DNA from: Penicillus capitatus
Taxonomy: Eukaryota; Plantae; Chlorophyta
Assembly: GCA_965649825.1 (NCBI GenBank)
Contig: OZ287702.1
Span: 124,001 to 188,000 of the forward strand
Direction of reading: 5' to 3'
DNA: 64,000 nucleotides
Within the stretch, counting starts at the first letter, position 1. Each line of letters opens with the position of its first letter. Below are positions 41,431 through 49,349 of this stretch, piece after piece. The position numbers were made by a program, and so were the translations under genes. The notes beneath the pieces are model-generated. The model had not been told where the DNA came from, did not search any database, and saw only the letters and a program-made list of their open reading frames with translations.

Positions 41431-42770
41431 GAATACCGATAGCCCTCTCTAAGGACTTCCGATTGTTGATCGGTCCAAGCTGGGTGTGCTTCTCACTCAA
41501 GTAAGGAGCCAGTGTGCGAGTCCCCTCGCAGATTTCATGCCTCAAGTACTGAATACTCTTGCGAAGAAGACGCAGCTTATCTTTATTGACCTTCAATCCA
41601 TATCGTGCCAACCGACCAAAAATCATTCGCAAATTTCGATTGTGTTCTTCGACATCATCGCCCCCAACAAGAAGGTCATCAGCGTACTGCACATGAGGTA
41701 TTCCCCGGAGAACATAAGCAATGCGCTCTGCGAAAAGTGTGGGTGACCAATTAAAACCCTGAGGCAGCCGGTTATAAAAAAAGTGCCGCGTACCGAAGGA
41801 AAAACCAAAAAACGGTCTCATATCCAAGGAAAGTGGGATGGAAAAGAAGCCATCCTTTAAGTCGATGATGCTGTAAATCCGCCACGAGGAGGGAATCGAG
41901 TTAAGAGCCCGCCGGGTATCCACTTGTCTCATACCGTCATTGGGAAAATATGCGTTGAGGGCCCTGAAGTCATTTGTGATACGTACCTCGCCATTCGGCT
42001 TGGAGACTGGATTGAGTGGACTAAGATAGATCCTTTCCGCGGGGCTGCACTCGGTGATGTATCCCTTGACAATGTACTCCTCCAACAGCGACTCAACCGC
42101 CGTGGTCTTGATCACTTGGTCCGTCCGAAGCGATGTCCGTCTGCCTCGATCCAATGACTTCGGGGCGTTGCATGGGACTTCCGCCAACGACACTTGGAGC
42201 TTTTTCATTGGAGCCGTGATGGGGTGTTGTGCAAGGTCGAAAACTGTGGGGAAATCTTGCAGAAGCATTGATGTAAGCCGCTTCTCATCGTCGCACAGAT
42301 TTCCTTCGGTGGTAGAGACTTGTACTGGAGGGAGTTTCTTTACTTCGCAACGGTCCACGTTGAAGAAACGGATGACTGCAGACCGTGACGAAATTACTGT
42401 CACGACATCTCGAGCGTTAAACACGTTTAGTGTTACGCATCCGCTCTTGCCAATTGCGTACGACGCAAGTGTTCCGGCGATGTTGACAGCGCATGCTGTG
42501 AAAATGGGACCGCGAGCTTCAATCTTCCAAGGAAGCTTGAATTGTTTCCATTCTCGTGGCTGTAGAAAGTGCGAACGTGCAAAAGGGATGCACACGGTGC
42601 GATTGGAAGACTTCTGCACGGCGCCACTGGCCGGGACATCCCAGAGTTGAGTGAGAATGAGTGTTGATTTGTCGCATGTCGCCTCAGGGCCGACGGGCTG
42701 CGACTGTCCCGCCGACCCCGTCAGTTTGACGACACGAGCGGGAGGATGTTCCCGTCTTGTTTTGCTTCAA
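41431..42770 (-). CDS. pol 5' part: spacer/dUTPase-like region + reverse transcriptase
   Basis: SPLNPVSKPNGEVRITNDFRALN, IDLKDGFFSIPL, YNRLPQGFNWSP, YADDLLVGG. Joins in frame to the RH-IN ORF once the nested element is removed. Confidence 0.92.
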
Positions 42771-42842
42771 ACTTCGGGAAGTCGATGGAGATCTTCAGAG
42801 TGCGGAGTCCTGGGAATCCGAGTAGTGGCAGCTGCGTGTTCT

Positions 42843-44357
42843 TCACCACCACAATGTCATGAAGGTCCTGCAACTACCAAGCCGGATTTTTGTATAGAAA
42901 GCGCCTTCCGATTGTTGAGTTGAGCCATCAAACCCAGTGAGCGTCATTCTACGTGAACGATCAATTCGAATTCTCTCTTCGATGGGAATCAATGCTTCTG
43001 GTAGTATATTAACGCTCCCGCCCGAGTCCAACAGCATCTCCACGTCCTTTTGCTTCAATTGTGGCATATATGCCTTGACTCTCATCTGCGCAGTTGATGC
43101 CGCCGCAGTCGCAAGTACTGCATTTGCGACCTCTCCTGATGGCATTCCCTCCTCCAGATGGCGATACTCGCCTCCGTCGTTGTCGTCTACGACGGCCTCG
43201 TTGACGCCGAATGGACGTTTTGAAGGATTTCCGCGATTGAGGGGACAATCAACCTTCCAATGCCCCATTTTCTTGCATCGAGGGCATGGCGTCGTTGGAA
43301 GTGTCGTGCCTCCCTTTGCGTTGTTGTTGCGTTGTGGCCGTGTGAAGCTCGGTTTCTGTGCTTCCGACGTGTTGCCCTTGTCAAGGAACATCCAGTATTG
43401 AAATTCTTGCTTAAGCGTCTTGGTAACCACCTCGAAAGTCAAGTCTTCTAGAGCGTACTGTCGAAACAGTGCTTGCTGCTGTCTTTCCAATGATTGAAGA
43501 AGAATTTGAATTGCCCTTCGATCATCCAACAGCCCAGGTCTTGAACGAACCAATGACTTGAAGTTGCTCACATGAGATAGAATATCTTCGGCTGTCCTTG
43601 TCTTGGGTTTCATCCCGCGCAAGTGGTTGGTGAGAACTGTCCTGTCATCATCGACTTTAACAATCATTTCTTCCAAGAACTCTCCAATCTTGCACCACAA
43701 ACCATCCAGCACCAACCGACTTCCATCGCTCATCTGCTCTGACGCCGGAAGGGTGTCCAACCCTGTTTCTTCCTTGACAAGTTGTTGTATTCTCGTGTGA
43801 ACACCTCGTCCAAACGGATCTGACCGATCAAAATGTGACAGGAGCACTCGAATTCTTGCGCTGACGGACTGTTCTGTGAACTCGAGACCTTTGAAGATGT
43901 CTTCATGCAGGCTTTGTGACCACTGTCGCAGTGCTGGCGGTTTGTCTGACACGGTGGCTGCGGTTGAGTGGTGAGGGAGGGGCTGTGCCGTGCGTGGTGT
44001 TTCTTGTGATTGGCCCGAGCTCGTGCGAATCCTCCCACGAGCAAGCAACTCCCAATCACGCCATACGGCAATCGCACAGCGCCACACAACCACCGCGGTG
44101 AGCACCCAGATAACCGCCGCATTCTCGTGGAGCGTGTTCAGGGCACGCTGCAACTCATACAAAGCGCCGTCGAGATAATAATACTCATACGTCAGAACAC
44201 GCCAGGTATGGAGAACCGACCTTGTATGGAACGTATAAGTCCATACCGTCGGAACCTCTGCGCCACGTAGGATCCATCTCGTCGTGAAGTAGAGAAAGGC
44301 GATGCCGATAAACAGTTTAAAGGAGGACCAAAACACTTGGCCTCGCTGCGAAACCAT
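42843..44357 (-). CDS. gag-protease ORF of the Ty3/gypsy element
   Basis: 504-aa ORF with hydrophobic N-terminus, CX2CX4HX4C knuckle and aspartic protease DSG motif. The protease C-terminal half continues in the -1 frame (PLLGFPGLRTLKISID). Confidence 0.9.
   Translation of the reverse strand: MVSQRGQVFWSSFKLFIGIAFLYFTTRWILRGAEVPTVWTYTFHTRSVLHTWRVLTYEYYYLDGALYELQRALNTLHENAAVIWVLTAVVVWRCAIAVWRDWELLARGRIRTSSGQSQETPRTAQPLPHHSTAATVSDKPPALRQWSQSLHEDIFKGLEFTEQSVSARIRVLLSHFDRSDPFGRGVHTRIQQLVKEETGLDTLPASEQMSDGSRLVLDGLWCKIGEFLEEMIVKVDDDRTVLTNHLRGMKPKTRTAEDILSHVSNFKSLVRSRPGLLDDRRAIQILLQSLERQQQALFRQYALEDLTFEVVTKTLKQEFQYWMFLDKGNTSEAQKPSFTRPQRNNNAKGGTTLPTTPCPRCKKMGHWKVDCPLNRGNPSKRPFGVNEAVVDDNDGGEYRHLEEGMPSGEVANAVLATAAASTAQMRVKAYMPQLKQKDVEMLLDSGGSVNILPEALIPIEERIRIDRSRRMTLTGFDGSTQQSEGAFYTKIRLGSCRTFMTLWW
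44341..44356 (-). other. PBS of the outer element, degenerate tRNA-iMet-like, overlapping the gag start
   Basis: TGGTTTCGCAGCGAGG directly after the 5' LTR; 12/16 identity to the plant iMet PBS TGGTATCAGAGCCAGG. Confidence 0.6.
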
Positions 44358-44829
44358 GTTGTGAGAACGGAGATAAGAGGAAACAAAAACGCCTTTTTCT
44401 TTTTAAAACAAACAGGTATCTTTACAATGGAGAATGTCCTTTTTTAAATTAACGACGGTTCTAAGGCTTTATCTGCAGCCAGCCATTCGAGATCATCTGT
44501 TGGATCTGCTGTAACCGCTGCATCTGCTTCAACACTTTTCGTCCCTCTTTTCGGTGCCCAATCCATTTTCATGACAGAAAGATCTTGTATGATTACCAAG
44601 AGAATGGATATCCGATTGTGACGGGTTTACAGATGGCGGACGGTTCCGTGGTCAAGGCTGATGTATATTGCTATGTGATAGTCTTCTATCACATAGCATG
44701 TGTTGCCTCCCATTTCGCCCGAACGGCTCGAAGCTGGTTAAGCACATCGGGTATTTGATGGCATCATTCGCCATCTCATGAAAAATCTTAACGCGTGTGA
44801 AGTTCTGTAGGAAGATTCTTGTATATCCT

Positions 44830-45075
44830 CGCGACGCGACGACACCCCAGGACGACGTGCCAAGCCGCTATTTTTCGGAGACGCGACGCGACGACACCCC
44901 AGGACGACGTGCCAAGCCGCTATTTTTCGGAGACGCGACGCGACGACACCCCATGACGACTCAGCAAGCGGAGAGACCGACCAAGACGACTCAGCAAGCC
45001 GACGCGTCGTTCATACGGAAAGACGCGACGAAGACGACTACCCAAGCCGACGCAGGAGTTCATACGGAGAGACGC
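44830..45075 (+). repeat. 52-bp tandem repeat (starts 44830, 44882, 44934) decaying into degenerate gacgac...caagc monomers
   Basis: cgcgacgcgacgacaccccaggacgacgtgccaagccgctatttttcggaga repeated exactly twice plus a partial copy; ~1.3 copies in unit 2 near 45740-45808. Confidence 0.9.
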
Positions 45076-45082
45076 TAGCCAA

Positions 45083-45445
45083 ATGGAAGGTCTGAGTCTT
45101 ACCCAAAAGACGAGATTGCAGTACATTCTAGACGACTTTTTGTCGTTCATTGACCTTTGGTTTTCTTCACTGACACACTCGCGAAGTTTACCCGATTTCT
45201 TTACCGGCATGCCTGTTGATCGAACCTTGAAATTCTTTATGTTCTGTCGATCGTTTACAGCTACTGCGAGAAAGGCAGAGACGTGGACGATGATCGAGTG
45301 CAGTTTCAAGTCATCAATGATCAGTAACGGTTTAATAACTGCCCCGGAGGTCCACCAGTCTGACAGGGATGCGAGAGACTCTGGCGCGCCGCGAACGCGC
45401 CGACGCGTGTGCGAAAACGGAGGGACAGTGTTGAGTCAAAGCTGA
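45083..45445 (+). CDS. Unknown 120-aa protein of unit 1
   Basis: Open ATG ORF whose first ~85 aa align at protein level with the disrupted paralog at 45811 (FLSFIDLWFSSLTHSRSLPDF vs VLAFIDIWFSAVSHSRSLPSF). Confidence 0.65.
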   Translation: MEGLSLTQKTRLQYILDDFLSFIDLWFSSLTHSRSLPDFFTGMPVDRTLKFFMFCRSFTATARKAETWTMIECSFKSSMISNGLITAPEVHQSDRDARDSGAPRTRRRVCENGGTVLSQS

Positions 45446-45810
45446 GACTACTTGCAAGATGCGTCCAGTCAATTAATACCCTCGGCGCCCGCGGACCGCT
45501 GTCATGTCAGGAGGCGGACAGTCTGTCCGGTCTGCGGGGCCGCAACCGTTGTCGTACACCCGTCAGTGGTCAAGGCTGATGTATATTGCTATGTGATAGT
45601 CTTCTATCACATAGCATGTGTTGCCTCCCATTTCGCCCGAACGGCTCGAAGCTGGTTAAGCACATCGGGTATTTGATGGCATCATTCGCCATCCCATAAA
45701 AAAAATTTAACGCGTGTGAAGTTCTGTAGGAAGATTTTTCGGAGACGCGAAGCGACGACGCCCCAGGACGACGTGCCAAGCCGCTATTTTTCAGAGACGC
45801 GAAGCGACAA

Positions 45811-46121
45811 ATGGAAGGCACTGTTTTGAATCCCACCGAGAAAAAAAATTAGATTACGTATTAGAAGACGTACTAGCGTTCATTGATATTTGGTTTTCAG
45901 CAGTCTCACACAGCCGCAGTTTACCGAGTTTTCTAGACGCGTTGCCAATCGAATAGATGCTTAAGTTCTTCATATTTTATCGTTCATTTGTAGCCGCGTC
46001 GCGACAAGCAACAACATGGACTGCTATCGAGTGCTCTCTTAAAGAACTGATGATTAGCAACGGATTTATAAACGATGAACCAACTGACGAGTATCGTAGA
46101 CGACTCGCGCGCCGCGGTTAG
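45811..46121 (+). pseudogene. Disrupted paralog of the 45083 ORF
   Basis: MEGTVLNPTEKK, frameshift in an A8 run at 45841, in-frame TAG at 45954, otherwise colinear (LKFF.F.RSF, TWT.IECS, MISNG). Confidence 0.7.
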
Positions 46122-46750
46122 CGCGAACGCGCAGCGTCGAACAGAGGAGACAACCTGAGCAAATGCAAAAGCTACAGGCAGGGCGTTACGTCAGCTTAAG
46201 TACCCTCGGCACCCGCGGACCCCTGTCACGTCAGGAAGCGGACACCCTGTCCGGTCCGCGGGGCCGTAAACGTTATCGCGTACCCGTCACCAACACATGA
46301 CTGCAATTTTCGGCGAATAACTATGTTATTAAAAGAATACTGTTCGAACAACGCGCCAAAATCTATGGCTCGACTGATTTCATTCAACACTATTACTGAA
46401 TCTGTGTCTATTGTTACATCACAACAAGCAGCCTCCTCCTCCTCTGTTGGCTCTGTTATAGAATAATCGACTAAGTTTAATAAATGAGGTATTGGCCATG
46501 TCGCGTCGTTGGTGAACAAACACACGCATTAGCGGAAGACTTTAAAACAGAATGACGTAAACAACGCAATTGTCCCCCTTTTATAGTGCTAGGGTTTTGA
46601 TGTGACATGTAGTAGGTTCTGATGTGACTTCCCTTATGCCGTCGGGATGCCTTCATTGTGCTCATTTAGTCTGACAGAAACAGAAAGATATCAACTCTGT
46701 TAAATGATGATTTGGTGCATTTGTGCTAAACGTGTCGATCTATCGCGTCG

Positions 46751-49149
46751 ATGTCGGCCGAAGTTCCAAACGGCCACGACAATGGCTCTCCGACATTTCC
46801 ACTAGGTGCCACAGACTTGGTGCGCGACACGATATTGCACAGAGTCGTCAATAGCGGACGCTTTGTAGGGGATCTTCTCCGAAGACCCTGTTTTGCGTGC
46901 TCATGAAGAGCATCTGAGGTATCGCTGGAATCGATTCTGCCATATCCGAGAGCGCATTCAGCAAGAGGAGGGCGGTTTGCGGCAATTTGCGCGAAGCTAC
47001 ACGAAGTTTGGACTCCGTCACCATGGACATTGCATGGTGTACAGAGAGTGGGCACCCGCTGCTGTCGATGCACAAATGGTTGGAGATTTCAACAACTGGA
47101 ATGGAACACAGATGCAGCGCGATGCCTTTGGTGTTTGGTCGTGTACATTGCCAAGTATTGTCACACATACTTTGTGTGACGCCCTGATCACACATCGCAG
47201 ATCTCAACGGGGAACCTGCGATCCCGCACCGTTCGAAGTACAAGATTCGGTTGAAGCATCGAGATGGCCGCTGGATCGATGTTCTCTCTGCCTGGGCAAC
47301 GTATGCCATCCAAGACACGACGAGAATGGATGGACCCTTCGATGCGGTGTATTGGGATCCGCCTCTCCCTTATGAATGGTCTCGAAGATGATGTGGGATG
47401 GGATGTGCTTTGAAAATGGTTGCGGTGTCTTAGGAAACATCCTCATCCTGAACAGCCACGTTCACTTACTATCTACGAAGCCCATGTGGGCATGAGTTCG
47501 GAGAAGCCAGAAGTGGCGGGCTATCGATACTTTGCAGGTGGGCTGTCGCTTCGCTGGTGCATTCCACGGACTGGTGTGTATGCACTTAGAGAATGTCATT
47601 CCCCATATTGTGCATCAAGGATACAACACACTGCAGCTGATGGCAGTTCAAGAACACCCGTTCTACGGATCGTGTGGCTATCACGTCACGAATCTCTTCG
47701 CTGTGAGCAGCCGTTCCGGAACGCCTGAGGATCTGAAGTATCTGATCGACACAGCACACAGCTGCGGTCTTTGTGTGATCCTGGACGCCGTCCACAGCCA
47801 TATCTCCAAGAACACTGCCGATGGTCTGGCTGGATTCGACATGGATCCGCACGAAGACGGTAACTACTTCAAAACAGGCAAGAGAGGATACCACGAAGTG
47901 TGGGACAGTCGACTGCTAAATTATCAAAATTGGGAAGTCCTGCGATTGCTGCTGTCCAATTTACAGTGGTGGATGGAGGAGTATCATTTCGATGGATTTC
48001 GCTTTGATGGGGTGACCTCCATGCTCTACCATCACCACGGAATCAATATGCATTTCTCTGGAGCGTATGAGGAGTACTTCAGCATGTCCACAGATGTGGA
48101 TGCTGTTGTCTACCTGATGCTGGCCAACGCACTTGTGCACGCCATCTCTCCACATGCCATGACGCTTGCAGAGGACATATCCGGAATGCCGACCCTCTGC
48201 AGACCCGTTGAGCGGGGAGGCGTGGGATTTGACTACAGGTACGAAACGGGAGAGGGAGGCGATTTGCGTGAGACGTCTGATCTGCAGAATGGCGATGGGC
48301 ATTCCAGAGATGTGGATTCGTACGCTGCAGGAAAGCGAGGATCATAAGTGGTCCCTTGATGCCATCGTCAAAGCACTGCAGAATCGCAGAAGAGCTGAAA
48401 AAACGATTGCCTATGTGGAATGCCACGATCAGTGCATGGTGGGAGGCATCACGCTGGCTTTTCGCTTGATGGGCACAGAAATGTGGACCAACATGAGCGC
48501 CTTGTTCCCTATGTCTGCCAACATCAAGCGCGGCATCGCCCTCCACAAGACAATCCGCCTACTGACCTTCGTTCTGGGGGGAAACGCATGGCTGAATTTC
48601 ATGGGAAACGAATTCGGACATCCAGATTGGGTGGATTTCCCACGGCAAATTTTTCCCAAACAGCCATAGGCACATTGACGTGGTTGACTGCTTAGGGAAG
48701 GCAATGGTTGGAGTCACGATCGTTGTCGACGGTTATGGCATCTGAATCGGACATCCCATCTCCGTTACAAGAGCTTGGCCCGATGGGACAAAGCCATGAT
48801 GCAGCTGGAGAAGGATTTTCATATTCTGGATCCCATGCATGCCATCTTCTGTTCCATCCAAGAATCCACTCGGACTATCGTCGTTGAACGCGGTCCGCTG
48901 CTCTGTCTCTTCAATTTCTCCTCCACTTGTGACCACACCCATCTGTCTGTGGGCGTACATTTTCCGCACACGTATCGCTTTCTACTGAGCTCAGATGCCG
49001 CGGAGTTTGATGGAGATGCTCGGTTCTCGCTAAAAGAGGTGTTGTTCCGTGCTGTGGTGGATGGACAGCATGGATGGAACCGAGATCGACCCTACGCATT
49101 ACGCATTTCGCTGGCAGCGCGTTCTTGTACAGTTCTATCCATGTTATAG
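46751..49149 (+). CDS. SBE1: 1,4-alpha-glucan branching enzyme, BE1 type (GH13), multi-exon, intact copy
   Basis: YREWAPAA...[79 protein letters not shown]. Confidence 0.95.
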
Positions 49150-49349
49150 AGACAGGCAGTCAATCAGTCCGTCAGGGAGGTAGGAAGGAAAGAAGGGATA
49201 TCTTTGTGTCTGCATGCGTGCATGCACAGCCAAATAATCCGCCCTACAAACAGTCATGTCCGCTTCATCCTCACTAACCCACCCACTCCTTTAATTGCAT
49301 TCTTTGAGTTCTGATCCCAATGAGATGTGTTGTGATCTCGCGACATGGC

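Larger units (their letters stand above)
37951..44534 (-). mobile_element. Ty3/gypsy LTR retrotransposon, full length, recently inserted, disrupted by a nested element
   Basis: 178-bp LTRs at 37951-38128 and 44357-44534 (TG...CA, 1 mismatch); 5-bp TSD CTTTT at 37946-37950 and 44535-44539, single in the intact ZDS intron. Gag CCHC knuckle CPRCKKMGHWKVDC, protease LLDSGG, RT YADD, RNase H, integrase HHCC + D,D(35)E, in the order PR-RT-RH-IN. Confidence 0.97.
36871..44668 (+). pseudogene. Partial inverted duplicate of ZDS (36871-37950 and 44540-44668), interrupted by an LTR retrotransposon
   Basis: Matches the reverse complement of ~60593-61800, introns included, with about a dozen differences in the first ~1.08 kb. 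Lacks the transit peptide and the 3' half. Confidence 0.93.
44648..46289 (+). mobile_element. Two head-to-tail units (44648-45565, 45566-46289) of an unclassified putative mobile element
   Basis: Both units start with the same ~130-bp ZDS/ATG16 chimera, then a gacgcgacgacacc-type repeat array, homologous small ORFs, a conserved Y-shaped inverted-repeat structure, and both end in ACCCGTCA. Confidence 0.55.

Noticed and set aside
44830-45075. CRISPR-like array
   Set aside because: Repeats are contiguous with no unique spacers, the genome is eukaryotic and no cas genes are present.
45300-45360. tRNA gene ending in ...GGTCCACCA
   Set aside because: No T-loop (TTCRA), D-arm or cloverleaf upstream.
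45483-45542. Hammerhead or HDV-like ribozyme call for the Y structure
   Set aside because: No CUGANGA/GAAA core on either strand (CTGACATGA has extra bases), and I could not fit a convincing HDV pseudoknot. Kept only as an unclassified structure.
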